Source: the human T2T-CHM13v2.0 reference genome, Homo sapiens
DNA length: 64,000 bases
Assembly (NCBI RefSeq): GCF_009914755.1
Contig: NC_060946.1
Strand: one strand, 5' to 3'
The notes below the pieces were generated by a model. That model worked only from the letters and a program-made list of their open reading frames with translations, made no database searches and was not told where the DNA came from. The position numbers and the translations under genes were made by a program. The first letter of the stretch is position 1, and each line of letters opens with the position of its first letter. Shown here one piece after another: positions 1 to 19,000 of this stretch.

Positions 1-110
1 GAGATTGCCAATTAGATGGGTTTTAGCTCATTTGAATATTTAATGTGGAGGCTGTGGTTTCCTGGGACATTTTTCGCACTGTGGAGAGTTAGCCAGCTTT
101 TCTCTGTTTC

Positions 111-412
<302 letters not shown>

Positions 413-632
413 GCCCTTCTCTGTTTCCAGAGCATTTTGTATTAACTCCCTCTCATGATATCTTCCATGGCAGGCTGAATAATGGCCCCTCCAAAGTGTC
501 CTCAACTTAATCCCCGGAATCTGTGACTATGTTCCTTTCCATGACAAAAGGGACTTTGCAGATGTGATTAAGCATCTTGAGATGGGAACTTATCCTATGT
601 TGCCTGTGGGCCCAGTGTCCCATGACAGTGCT

Positions 633-932
633 TTTTTTTTTTTTTTTTTTGAGACGGAGTTTTTTGCTCTTGGTGCCCAGGCTGGAGTGCAATGGCGCAA
701 TCTCGGCTTGCTGCAACTCCACCTCCCAAAGTTCAAGCGATTCTCTTGCCTCAGCCTTCCGAGTAGCTGGATTACAGGCGCTCACCAACATGCCCAGCTA
801 ATTTTTGTTTTTCCAGTAGAGATGGGGTTTCACCATGTTGGCCAGGCTAGTCTCAAACTCCTGATCTCGTGATCTGCCCACCATGGCCTCCCAAAGTGCT
901 GGGATTACAGGCCTGAGCCACCACATCCAGCC
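633..932 (-). mobile_element. Alu (AluS-like)
   Basis: Poly-T and full reverse-complement dimer. Confidence 0.95.
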
Positions 933-994
933 TACTGTGCTCTTTTAAGAGGGACTCAGCAGTCAGGGGAGATGGCAATGTGATGATGACTGAG

Positions 995-1369
995 TGTCTT
1001 AGTCTTTTTTGTATTGCTATGCAATATCTGAGGCTGGGTAATTTATAAAGAACAGGTTTATTTCTTACAGTTCTGGAGGCTGGGAATGTCAAGATCAAGA
1101 GGCCTGCTTCTGGTGAGGGTCTTCTTGCTGTGTCATCCCATGATGGAAGGTATCACATCAAGAGAGAAAGGGGGCTGAACTCAATCCTTTTATTAGCAAC
1201 CCATCCCCATGATAATTAACGGTCTGCTGAGATAACATCATTACTCTATTAATGAGGGCAGATCTTTCATGATCTAATCTCCTCTTAAAGGTCCCACCTC
1301 TCAACACTGTTGCATTGGAGATTAAATTTCCAACACATGAACTTTGGGGGACAAATTCAAACCATAGCA
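995..1369 (-). mobile_element. MST (MSTC-like) MaLR solo LTR nested in MLT1
   Basis: TG...CA termini; minus strand starts TGCTATGGTTTGAATTTGTCCCCCAAAGTTCATGTGTTGG; near-perfect 5-bp TSD CTGAG(990-994)/CTGTG(1370-1374). Confidence 0.8.
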
Positions 1370-1763
1370 CTGTGCAGAGATTGGAGTGGTGTGCTTTAAA
1401 AATGGAGGAAAGGGCCACAATCCAGGGAATATAGGTAACCACTAAATGCAGAAAAAGGCAAGAAAACGGGTTTTCCCTTCAGAACCTCCTGAAGGAATCA
1501 GTCCGTTACAACTTGACTTTAACCAAGTGAAACTGATTTGAGGCTTCTGACCTATAGAACAATAAGATATTAAGTCTGTGTTGATGTAAGCCAATCAGTT
1601 CATGGTAATTTGTTACAGCAGCCATAGAAAACTAATTGACTCACCAATGGGAGAAATCAGCTGCTGGTTGAAGGCTACCAAACACCTACTTCCTTTCCTA
1701 ATGTCACTTTAATTTTATCTTGGAGGAATTCTTTTCCCTATCCCATTAAGTTATGGGAAATGG

Positions 1764-2168
<405 letters not shown>

Positions 2169-3248
2169 CTAGCTAGAGGTGGGTGTAGGACTTTGAAACA
2201 TGAACAAATGGAGCTGGGATGGCAATGGCGGGAACAATATTGTGCTAATCTGAACTCTGCACTTCCTAAATTTGGCTCTGGGTAAATTACCTGAAATTGC
2301 TGAGCCTTTGTTTCCATATTTATAAAATGGGTGCGGTAAGAGTACCAACCTCTTCTATGCTGTTTGGAGGAGGCAGGTCCATAAGGTACCTGGCATGTGG
2401 TAAGGGATTCATGAATGTTGGCTTCTATACTTAAGGGTGGGGGAGCCACATAAGTAGCCAGAGGGAGTCATAGAAAGTTCTTGAGCCAGAGAAGGAAGAT
2501 AATCTTTTCAGCTTTTTGTGCAGCATAAAAGGCAGGTAATTTGCTTGCCTTTGACCAAGCATATTTGGGATGTGCCAGGCCTGGGGTGAATGGTGGGAAC
2601 CCAAGTAGAGGGTTATTTCTCATTGGCTGAATTAACTGTGACTCCGTTTTGCGGAGCAGCCAGGTTGCTTCATGGTGGACCTGCTGCATGCCCACATGAT
2701 GGTGCCGTGGATAGCTCTTGTTTGTGCCAGCCCTGTACCTGATACCTCTTGTGGTAATTGCATCCCTATTTTTCAGAAGGAAGCATCCCTCCTCCCACTT
2801 TCTGGTTTTCCCCATGTTCTTCTTGAGGGGATGATCTCAACCGCTTCCTGAAGGGGCTTCATGAAAGCCAGGTCTGGCCAGGCTGGATGTGGTGATTGGC
2901 TCAGGCAGGGGCATGTGGCGCAAACGGGTCCAGTGAAAGCCAGTCCTGGGACTTTGGCTGGAACTATTGGGGAACAGCCTCTGTTTTCTTGCGCAGATGT
3001 GAGCTAGGAGCTGCTCAGTCCACTATGTGGAAAGAACTGCGTGAGAATGAAGTAATCAAAGGGAAGCAAGCACTGAGAGATTAGAGAGACTTATCTTGTA
3101 TAAGTGCCTGTATCCAGCTATGCCTGAAGTGAGGTACCACCCCAGGCCTTTTCAGTCATGCTATCAGTTTTGTGCCTTTTTTCTGTTTTACTCTTGGTGG
3201 AGTTATTTTTTTTCCTTGTTACTTGAATAAGAAAAATACCAAACTAAA

Positions 3249-6620
<3,372 letters not shown>

Positions 6621-7187
6621 GAACCATAAAAAAACAGACTAGTAAATGCAACCATTTACAAATTCCAAGAGACTCTTGAAGATTCTTTTTGTTAGTAGGG
6701 AAAACATTCTCCATTTTTCTGCCAACTTTAGGGTTTTCAGAGAAGTTTGGGGGAGAGAAAGGAAAGCAAAGATGTGGGAAGAAAGAGTCCTTGCAGCCCC
6801 AAGTTGGGCGAACTCCTCCCAGCTACTTATACCACAGGGTTTTGGGAGCAGAGTCCCTTTCATTAAACTTTTAGGAGTCTTGGATGGATAGGGTGGGAAT
6901 TACACCAGTGAAACTCAGCTTTGTCTGTGCCAGGCATTGGGCCCTGGGATATGCAGTCATGTGTTGTATAATGACATTTTAGTCAATGACAAACCACATG
7001 TAAGTCAGTGGACCATAAGATGATTATGGAGCTGAAAAATTCCTATTGCTTAGTGACATAGCCATTGTAATGTTAGGGTAATGCATTTCTGTGTTTCTGG
7101 TGATGCTGGTGTAAACAAATCTGTGCTGCCAGTTCTATAAAAGCATAGCATGTACAATTACATACAATATATAATACTTGATAATGA

Positions 7188-7496
<309 letters not shown>

Positions 7497-7559
7497 CTGG
7501 TGTATTTAGTGTTTTTCATAATTTTAGAATGTATGTCTTCTACTTACATTAAAAAATAG

Positions 7560-7916
<357 letters not shown>

Positions 7917-8709
7917 AAAATTTTTTAAGATACATTTCAGTAAGCTAAGGTTAATTTATTGAAGAAAAGCTTGAAAAACTTTTGGTGTAGCCTAAGCATA
8001 TGGTGTTTATAAAGTCTACAGTAGTGTACAGTAAGGTCCTATGCCTTTACACTCACTGACTAACCACAGCATCTTCCAGTCCTGCAAGCTCCTTTCATGG
8101 TAAGTGCCCTATACAGGAGTACCATTTTAAAATCTCTTATACTCTATTCTTACTGTACCTTCTCTATGTTCAGGTACACAAGTACTTACATTGTGTTACA
8201 ACTGCTTATGGTATATTCAGTAAAGTATCAGGCTGTACAGGTGTGTAGCCTAGGAGCAATAGGCTACACCATACAGCCTAGGTGTTTAGTAGGCTATACA
8301 AGGCCATACAAGGTTTGTGTAAATGCACTTTGCTTTTTGCACAATGCTGCAATCACCTAAGGAGGCATTTCTCAGAACCATTCCGTGATTAAGAGAGGCA
8401 TGATCATACAGTCATCATCTCCCTGAAAGCTCAGTCAACCCTGTGCAGCGCTACTGCCACACTCCCCTTTTGCACATGTAGAAATCAAGGATCTGTGGCT
8501 CCTCTGAGTGACTTGTTCAAGGTTTCTCAGTTTCCAAGAGATGGAGGCAGGACTTGAATTGAGATTTCCCTTTCTTGAGAACCTGTGGTCCTTAACCATT
8601 AAAACCACTTAAGAGGTCTTCTCTCTTGATCACTACCTACTAAGTGCTAGGTGTGGTGCTGAGGCGTTCTCTTGATTATCATATTGAGTCTTTAGATTTA
8701 GGAGAAAGA

Positions 8710-9000
<291 letters not shown>

Positions 9001-9099
9001 GATTTAGGAGAAACAAGTCCCGAAGCCCTGACCCTGACACGCAAGGGTTAGTGGAGATGTGGGACTTGAACTCAGCTTCTCCGTTGAGTCTGGCTGTCT

Positions 9100-10100
9100 C
9101 CAGGACGCAGGCACGTGCTTGCACACCTCCACGGTGGTGATCCCGCCCCCTTAGTAGCGTCCTTAGCTCCGCACTTCTTGCGGGGAAGTTCCTCTTGGCC
9201 CAGACCCTCGTCCTAGGCCCCGCGTCGTGGGGGCAGCGAAAGGGGTAGTGTGGGGACGTGGCCGAGGGGTCGGGTCCGGGGTGGTCTGCAGAGAGGCAGG
9301 CGGCGGTGCGGAGCCGGGAACCACGCGCTCACCCACCAAGTCGGACGGGCCCGGCGGGGGTGGGCGAGACACTGGGAACAGCGGCCAGCTCCAGAGGGCG
9401 CGAGGCGGGGCGCGTGGGGAGGGGAGGCGCGCGCGGTTGGGGGGCAGTGAGGGTCGCCGCGGCGGCGCGCAGCACGGCGGGAACATGGCGCGGGGAACTG
9501 GCGCACGCGCCTAGCTGGCGGGACCGTTAGCTCGAGGCAGACGCGGCCCGGACCCCGTGGATATGGAGCAGTCGCCGCCCCCGGCGCCCGAGCCGACCCA
9601 AGGGCCGACCCCCACAAGGAGCTGAAGGCGGCGGGAGCCCGAGTCACCGCCGGCGTCAGCGCCGGTGAGGGCCTGAGGGGCTCGGGCCGGGAGACTTTCT
9701 TTGTGAAACTCCGGCGGTGGGAGCCGGGCCAGGCCTCAGCGGCTGAGGAGCGCCTGTGAGGCGGAAGGCATCTCGCAGTCCGGGTTCGATCCCAGCCGCG
9801 AGCCGTCAGGCGGCGGGACCTAGTCCGCCGCCTGCCTGCCTCAGTTTCCACGGGAGTGTGTGTGGGTGTGTGAGGGTGTGTATGGGTGTTGGCCTGCGCA
9901 TACCGGAGGGGGCGTCGGCATACAGTCAGCGCCTAATGCGCGCGGCGCCTCCCCCCTCCCCCCAATCCCCGTGGGGCGGAACCTGGGGACTGGAGTCCAC
10001 CGGAGCAGTAGGTGGCACCTGCGGGGAAACAGGTGTCGGCGCAGCCCGGGAGGCTCAGGTGCTACCTTTCCCGGGTGGGGTTTGTGAGGAGTGAGCTCTT
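9100..10100 (+). promoter_or_regulatory. CpG island / paralogous TTC28 promoter region
   Basis: Very GC- and CpG-rich stretch with GC boxes (e.g. GGCGGGGCG at about 9404) surrounding an ATG-containing first exon. Confidence 0.85.
9563..9664 (+). pseudogene. TTC28: TTC28 exon 1 paralog (coding part), premature stop at codon 21
   Basis: Translates MEQSPPPAPEPTQGPTPTRS*RRREPESPPASAP, matching the recalled TTC28 N-terminus (MEQSPPPAPEPTQGPTPARSRRRREPESPPASAP); TGA at 9623-9625; donor CCG|GTGAGG at 9665. Confidence 0.88.
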
Positions 10101-10748
10101 CGTCCCCAGAGGCGAGCAAATCTGTCGGTGGCTCATCACAGAGTGCTGTTTTGGAAAGCGTTCCACCCACCTCAGCTTCGTGCTGTGTTTGGGCCACTAG
10201 TCAGGGGGAAGGATGCTGAGCGACATGGACTTTAGAGGTGAGGCTCCCGCTGGACGGGATGGCTCTGGGCTCTCCAGCTTACCCCCACACTTGCCTCCCA
10301 AACCCGTTAGAGCGTAAGAATCATTGAGAGCACCTGATAAAAATGCCACGGATTGTGGCTCACCAAAGCAGGGAAGCCGATTTGGAACTTAAGCTCCCAA
10401 GTTGTGATCAGTCGAGCTTGGCAAGCACTGTTTTAGAGAGTAGGCTTCCTGCAAGCCGGAGCCGGTTTTGTGTATACCTCACCACGGCATCTTGGTACCT
10501 GGCATGGTGCCTGACACACGGTAGATGATCAGAAAATATCTGTAGAAAGTCTAAATTATCAGGGATAGTGCAGCATAGGAGTTCTTGAGACATTTTCAGG
10601 AGCTTCTTGAGATTAATATCTGTCAGATTTGTTTTACAGTATATGATTTTTCTCAGCTCCCAAATTTTGTGATTGTTTTTAATGCCATGTTTTCAGTATG
10701 TTCTAGGCAAAAGCAGGGTATATGTTGCTTAGTATACGCTATCCACTA

Positions 10749-11059
10749 GGCCGGTTGCGGTGGCTGACTCCTGTAATCTCAGCACTTTGGGAGGCAGATT
10801 GCTTGAACCCAGGGGCTTGAGGCTGTAGTGAGCCAAGGAGTTAGAGGCCAGTGTGGGAAACATAGCGAGGCTCGTCTCTGCAAAAATTAGCTGGGTGTGG
10901 TAGCGTGCATTTGCAGTCCCAGCTACTCTGGAGGCTGAGGTGGGGGGATCGCTTGAGCTCAGGAAGTACAAGTTGCAGTGAGCCAAGGTTGTGCCACTTC
11001 ATTCCAGTCTGGATAACACAGTGAAACCCAGTCTCTCAAATAAGAAAATAAATACATAA
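10749..11059 (+). mobile_element. Alu (AluJ-like, rearranged left arm)
   Basis: Diverged Alu with (TAAA)-type tail. Confidence 0.88.
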
Positions 11060-11264
11060 ATGATTATGTATACTCTAGCTAGGTTAAAATTAATTCTGAA
11101 TCAAAATTCTAAATTAAAATATGCATGTTTCTTTCTCTTCATCATTTGAGAACACTAGGCTTTTAGGATTTCATTCCGTTGGGGCAGGTAAATATCTGCA
11201 TTTTTGACAAAGCAAATATGAATCACTGTTAATTCAAGAAAGGTGGGAATTTGCTTAAACCTGA

Positions 11265-11902
<638 letters not shown>

Positions 11903-12054
11903 AATCTTTGTGATATTTTGAAATTGAGGTTTATATTTTGTTCAGAGTCAAAGCTAAAATAGAATTGTTTGAAAATTAATATTTCAGGAACTATTTTTTA
12001 ATTAAGTTGAATTTTATTTTATTAGTTTCATTTCAGTAGGGTTTTAACTTAAAA

Positions 12055-12111
12055 ATATATATACATATACATATATATATATATATATATATGTATATGT
12101 ATATATATATA
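12055..12111. repeat. (TA)n microsatellite
   Basis: Direct reading. Confidence 0.95.
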
Positions 12112-12541
<430 letters not shown>

Positions 12542-12719
12542 TTTTTTTAATTTCTAATAAAAAAGTTAATAGAGTTTCTTGTTTCACTGGACAAAGTATG
12601 CATATATAGGAAGGAAAGACTTTTGGACTTGAGATTGTGCTGAAGAAGAAAAATGGAAAAATTAAGCATTTTAGTCTCTCAGTGTGTTATTTTTGTAGCT
12701 TATACAGATATGTCTTTTT

Positions 12720-13305
12720 AAAGTGTCTTTAAAAAGCTTTATTGAGATAACAATAAATTAGATAAATTCACCTATCATGAAATCAACCCCTCGAGTGCAG
12801 AATTTTGTGGTTTATAATATGTTCACAGAATCGCACAAACAAGACAGGTATCTAGATACTTTCAGACCATTTTCATCAGTCCACAAGAAATCCCATACCC
12901 ATTAGCAGTCATCCTTATTCCGTTTTCCCCTAGTCGCTGGCAATAACTAGCCTACTTTCTGTCTCTGAGTTTTGCTCTTCTGGAGGTTTCACAGAATGAA
13001 ATCTTACTACATACGATCTTTTGTGATTGATGTATTTCACTTGGCACAGTGTTTTCAAGGTTTATCCATGCTGTAGCATATATCAGCACTTCATTCTTTT
13101 TTAATGCTGAGTAATCTTTTGAATGGATATACCATATTTTATCAGTTCCTCTGTTGATAGGCACTTGAGTTTTTTTTCCAATTTTTGGTTATTATGCACA
13201 ATGCTGCTGTGAACATTTGTGTGCAAATTTTAGTGTGGATGTATATTTTCATTTCCCTTGGGTATATCCCTAAGGAATACACTATGTGGGTCATATGATA
13301 ATTGT
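12720..13305 (-). mobile_element. Old L1M 3'-end fragment
   Basis: Minus strand translates like the ORF2 C-terminus/3'UTR (KIWYIH...ATAWINLEN). Confidence 0.75.
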
Positions 13306-13314
13306 TTAAGACTA

Positions 13315-13588
13315 CAGACGTATGCCACCACTCCTGGCAAATATTTAAAATTTTTTTGTAGGTAAAGGGTCTTGCTATGTTGCCCAGGCTGATCTTGAAC
13401 TCCTGGCCTCAAGAGATCCTCCCACCTCAGCCTCCCAGAAGTGTTGGGATTACAGATGTGAGTCACTGCACCTATAAAAGAGGCTCATACCTCTTTTTAC
13501 GTATTTTTTTTTTTGAGACAGGGTTTCACTCTGTTGCCCAGGCTGGAGTGCAGTGGTGGGATCACAGCTCACTGCAGCCTGGACCTCA
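13315..13588 (-). mobile_element. Two Alu fragments
   Basis: Partial reverse-complement Alu sequence; the second is cut off abruptly at about 13588. Confidence 0.8.
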
Positions 13589-13594
13589 CTCCAT

Positions 13595-14782
13595 ATGATT
13601 CTAGCTGTGGGTGTCTTTCCTGTAGTTTTTATTATGTTGTGGTATGTTTCTTCTGTACCCGTTTCTTTGAGGATTAATAGCATGAAGGGATGTTGAATTT
13701 CATCAAATGCTTTTTCAGTTTCAGTTGACATGATCATATTGTTTTTGTCGTTTATTTGGTTGATATGACATATCACATTGTATGTTGAGTGACCCTTGCA
13801 TCCCAGGGATACATCCCACTTGATCATGATGAATTATCTTTTTAATGTATTACTGAATTTGATTCACTGGTATTTTGTTGAGGATTTTTGCATCAATATT
13901 AGAGATACTGGACTGTAGTTTCCTTCTTTGATGCCTTTGTCTGATTTTGGTATCACAGTAATAATGGTCTCATAGAATAAGTTTGGAAGTATTCCCTCCT
14001 GTTTTTCAAAATAGTTTGAGTAGGATTCGTACTAGGTCTTTAAATTGTTTGGTGTGAAGCCATCAGCAGTGAAGACATCAGTTCCTGGGCTTTTCTTTAC
14101 TGGGAGAGTTTTTCTGATGGCTTCAATCTCATTACTTGTTACCAATCTGTTCTGGTCCTGGATGTTTTCATTGTTCAACCTAAGTAGGTTGTATGCATCT
14201 AGGAATTTGCCAATTTCTACTAGGCTTTCCAATTTATTGACATATAATATCCAGTTATGATCCTTTGAATTTCTGAAGTATTAGTTGTAATGTCTCCTTT
14301 TTTTTTATCTGTTGATTTTATTTATTTAAATCTTGTCTCTTTTTTCTTAGTTAGCCTGGTTAAAACAAAATTTGTCAATTTTGTTTTGCTTTCCAGAAAA
14401 CCAACTTTTCTTTTAATCTTGTGTGTTTTTCTTTCAATTTTATTTCTGCTACAATCTTATTTATTTTCTTATTTTTGGTTTAGTTTGTTCTTACTTTACT
14501 AGTTCTTTAAGATGTATTGTTTATTTGAAGTTTTTCTTTTGTTTGGATGGTAGGCACTTATAGCTGTAAATCTCTGCCTTTGTACTGCTTTCTATGTAAC
14601 AAGTTTTGGTATACTGTGTTTTTGTTACCCTTTGTTTCATGAAATTTTTGAATTTCTGTCTTAGTATCTTCATTGACCCGCTAGTCATTTATTCAGGAGG
14701 GTAGTGTTTAACTTCCGTGTGACTGTAATGTTTCCAAAATTACTCTTCTTATTGATACCTAGTTTTATTCTTTTGTAGTCAA
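13595..14782 (-). mobile_element. Old L1M ORF2 fragment
   Basis: Minus ORFs read EKAFDEIQHPFM and KFLDAYNLLRLN...KKSPGTD, i.e. decayed ORF2. Confidence 0.85.
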
Positions 14783-16060
14783 AGGAGATGGCCACGGAGA
14801 CAGCAGCGTGGTCAGAGTGGTAGGAGCTGGCCATCAGTGAGAGCTGCTCCGTGCCTGGCTGCTGGGTGCTAGAGCCTGCGGCCCACTGGCTTGCCTCACT
14901 GTGGTTGGTGGTGGCAGTGACAGAGACTACAGCATGACCAGAGTGGTAGGACTGGGGCTATCCAGGGCTGCACCTTTTGCAGTGTGGGGTGGGTTGGGGG
15001 CACTATCCAGGGTGTCATTGCCTGCATTAGGGGTACTGGTTGGTAGCACTGTACAGGGCTTCACTGCCCACGGCAGGGAGGGTGGGTTATGGGCACTTTC
15101 TGGGGCTGCAATGCCCATGGAGGAGGACAGGTTAGGGCACTATCGGGTATATGCTACTGGCAGCATTGGGGGACGGAGGTGGGGGGCGCTATTGAGGGCA
15201 GGACCAGCCGTGGAGCCGGGGCGAGTTCGGTGCTATCAGGGGCTGCACGGCTGGCGGCGGTCAGCAGAGTTGGCATCCAAGGAAGGAGTGGTTCTCCTCT
15301 CCCTGACACCACACTCCAGAAGGCGACCCACTCTTAGTCATACTGGAGTGCGGCAGGCACGCAGCATTTGCGTGGGAATCCTGAGCATGGCAGAGCCCCC
15401 ACACCCACCGTGGTTCCTGGGCCTGTGCACTCTGGGTCTGTGCCTCAGAGGCTGCCAGGCACCCCTGGGGTCACCACGGGGGACAGGGCCCTGTGTGTGG
15501 AGGCGTCTGGAACAGGAATTGGCACCTGGGTGCGGAGGGCTGGCTGGGTCTGAATTTTTCTGCTTCTCCTGCTTTCCGAGGAGTGCAGCCCCGGTGGGCC
15601 CAATGGTTCCTGTGGAGTGGGGAGCTGGGTGCTGTGGTGTCTCCAGCACCCACCCCAGACCCCAGTTCCCGGCCAGCTTGGGCCAAAAGGAGAGGCTGGA
15701 CTTTGGAGGGTGGGTGTGAGTGCCTTTGCTGAAACTGGCCCCTGCCACCCAGCGGCTGGCATGACAAGTTGAGGCTCTAACCCTTCCACCCCTCACATCT
15801 TCCTCTAAGCTTTTCTGGCTTTGCCCGCCCAGCTGCTCCACGCCAGGAGGAGGAGGAGACACCTAGAGCCTGTGACACCACGACTCGCCTCGCTGCGGGT
15901 GGGTGGCAGTGACAGAGACTGCAGTGCGCCAGAGCAGTAGGAGAGCGGCCGCGCTAGGAGGGCAGACGGCTGCAGCCAGGTTTGGGGGTCAGGCTTACAG
16001 CGATGGATGGGCTGCAGCAGTGGCCAGGTGGTAAGAGCCCTGTAGAGAGGGCTGGTGCAT
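14783..16060. repeat. GC-rich pericentromeric/subtelomeric interspersed repeat, REP522-like
   Basis: Recurrent GGGGGC(A/G)CTAT(C/T) motifs; diverged direct repeat GTGGCAGTGACAGAGACT at about 14911 and about 15903; family name is from memory. Confidence 0.5.
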
Positions 16061-16067
16061 TGGCAAT

Positions 16068-19000
16068 GGACCTGGCTTTGCCCTGCCTTGCCCTGTACCT
16101 GCCCTACTGTTACCTGGACTGTCTCGGCCCTCTACTGCTCTGGTCCCATCCTGACCTTGTCTTGGCCCTGTGCTACCCTGTCTCTGTCCTGGTCTTGCCC
16201 TGGCACTGGCCCTGCCTTGATCCTGCACTGGCCTGACCTTGGCTCTGGCCCTGGCTCTGGCCCTGCCCCTTGTCCTGACCCTGGTCTTGTCATGGCACTG
16301 GCCCTGCCAGTGGTCATGGTCCTACTCCTGTTGTGGCCCTGACCTGGCCTTGGACATGTCCTAGTCCTGCTTTGGCCCATCCCTGCCCTGGCCCCACCAT
16401 GGGCCTGCCTGTTCTGCCTTCTCCTGGCACTGACCTTGCCCTGTCATGGCCCAGTGGTGCCATTGCCCTGCCTTCCCCTGCGCTGGTTGTGCCTTGGCCC
16501 CATTTGGTGCTGGCCACTCCCTGGACCTGCCCAGACCCTGCCTCGACTTTTGCCCTGCCCTCACTGTGGCCTGGCCCTGGCCCTAGCCCTGGTCCTGCCA
16601 TATCCCTGGCCCTGCCCTTATCCAGGCCCTGCCCCTGCTGCTGCCCTGGCCCTGGCCTGGAACTTGGTCCTGTCAAGGACCTGCCCTGACTCTGCCATGG
16701 CCCTGGCCCTGCTCTGCCTTGTTCCTGGCCCTGACCCTTTCCTGGCTCTGCACTGGCCTTTCCCTGGCCCTGAGCTGGCAGTGGTCTGCCCCTGGTCTTG
16801 CCAAAACCCTGCCCTGCTGTGCTCTGGATGTGTCATCACCCTGCCCTGCCCCTACTCTGCCTTTGACCCTGCCCTGGCCTTACCTTGGCCCTCACTCTAG
16901 TCTTCGCCAGGCCCTGCTCTGGAGCTGGCCCTAGCACAGACCTGGCCCTGACCGTGGCCCTGGTCTTTGTCCTGCCATAACCCTGGCCCTGAAGTGGACT
17001 TGGAGGTGTCCTGGCCCCAGCATAACATGGCTCTGCATTGGCCTGTCTCTGCCCTGCCCCTACCATCGCCTTGCCCTGCTCTGCCCTGTCCTAGTACTGA
17101 CCCAGCCATGCTATTTCCCTGCCTTACCCTGCCTCGGCTGTGCCCTGGCTCAGTTCTGGCCCTGGCCCCGTCCCTGCCCCAGACATGCTCTGACACTGCC
17201 TCAGCCTTGGCACTAGCCTGGCTCTTTCTTGGCATCAGCCCTGCTCTCTCTGTGGACCGGCTCTTGTCCTGTCCTGCACTGGCCATACCATGCCCTGCCC
17301 TGCCCTGCCCTGACTCAGCCCTGGCTCAGCCCTGGCCCAGCCTTGGCCTTGGCATTGCCCCTGGTCATGCCATATTTCTTGCCCTGTCCCTACTCTGGCC
17401 TTGGCCCTGACCTTTACCTTGCTCTGGCCCTGCCCTTGCCCTAATGCAGCCACTGGCCCTGTCATGGCCCTGCCTTGGACCTGTCCTGGCCCTGGCCCTT
17501 CCCTGCTTGAGACCTTGCCCTGGTTCTCCCCTGGCCCTGACCCTGAAATGCCTGGCCCTACCCTGGCCTTGCACTGCTCTGGTCCTTGCCCTGACTCTGG
17601 TCCTGTCACTGGCCTAGCCCCAGCCCTGTTGCTGTTCTTACCATGGCCCAGACCCTGCCTTGGCCCTGCCTTGACACTGTCCTGGACCCTGGCTGTGCCA
17701 AGATCCTGTACTATCCTTGCCCTTGTTTTGCTCCTGCCCTAAACCTGGCCCTGCCCTGGCTGTTCCCTGGCCCTGATCAGGTCTTGGCACTGGCCTGGCC
17801 CTGCCCTTCTTTGGCCCTATGCTTTCCTGGCCCTGCCTTGCCAGCCCTGGTCCTGCCTTGGCCCTAGCCTGGCTTTGACCCTGCCCTGGCCCTACCTTGG
17901 CCTTCACCCTAGCCTTACCTGGGCACTGTGTTGGACCTGGCCATAGCACAGACCTGGTTGTGGCCCTGGCCCTGCCGTGGCCCTGTCCCAGACCCTAGCC
18001 CTGCCAGGTACCTGCCCTGGCCCTGCTCTGGGCCTGGCTTTGTCCCTGGTTCTTAGATGACCCTGGCCCTGCCCCTGCCCTTGTCCTTGCCCTGGCACTG
18101 GCCTTGGACATGTCCGTGGTCCTAACCCTGGCCCTGCCCTGGAGCTGCCACTGACTTTGCCCTGCCCTGGCTCTGGCCCTGCCCCGGCCCTGGCCCTGCC
18201 CCAGCCCCAGCCATAGACCTGCCCTGGTTGGTTGTGTCCTACCTTAACCCTGTGCTACCCTGGGACTGCTCCACCCTGCCCTTGCCCTGCCCTCCCTTTG
18301 GCCCTGCCCTGACCCCACCTTGGCCCTCACACTGGCCCTAGCACAGACCTGGTCCTATCTGTGGTGTTGGCCTGGCATTGACCCCTGCTCCTGACCCTGC
18401 TCCTGCCATGGCCCTGGCCCTGCCAATGACCCTGACAGCCCTGGCCCTGGCCCTGGCCCTGAACTGGTCCTGCCCTGACCCTTGCCCTGAAGTGGATTTG
18501 CAGGTGTCTTCTCCATGATTTAACCTGGTCTTACCATGGCCCTGTCCCTCCCCTGGCTCTGTCCTGGTCTTGTGCTGACCCTGACCCAGACCTTGGCCCT
18601 GTCCCAGCCTTGTCCTTGACCTGGCCATGGCCCTGCCTCTGCCCTGGACCGGCGCTGGCACTGGCATGGACCCTGGCCCTGGCCCTTTGCTACGTAAGGC
18701 CATACCCTGGCCCAGCCCTGGTCCTGACACTGCCCTGCCCCTAATTTGGCCTGGCTCTACCCTGGCATGCTATTCTGGCCCTAGCCCTGACCCTGTCCTT
18801 GTCCCTGTCCTGGCCCTAGCCCCGTTGCTGGTCCTGCCATGGCTCTTATCCTGACATTGCCCTTTCCTGGTCCTGGCCCTGGCTCTGTCCTAGCCCTGCT
18901 CTGGCCCTGGTCTGAACCCTGGCCCTGCAATGGACCCTCCTTCATCCTGCCCAGACCTTGGTTCTGGCCCTACCTCTGCCCTGGCCATGCCCTTGCCCTG

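Larger units (their letters stand above)
468..1640 (+). mobile_element. MLT1 (MLT1C/D-like) MaLR solo LTR, interrupted by an Alu and an MST LTR
   Basis: TGGCAGGCTGAATAATGGCCCC...GACTTTGCAGATGTGATTAAG start; 3' end ...GTAATTTGTTACAGCAGCCATAGAAAACTAAT. Confidence 0.8.

Noticed and set aside
9163-10200. Several R/P/G-rich ORFs over the CpG island
   Set aside because: Expected stop scarcity in GC-rich DNA; the real coding frame is 9563-9664
14901-15719. 272-aa ORF
   Set aside because: GC-rich repeat sequence, non-ATG start, no recognisable homology
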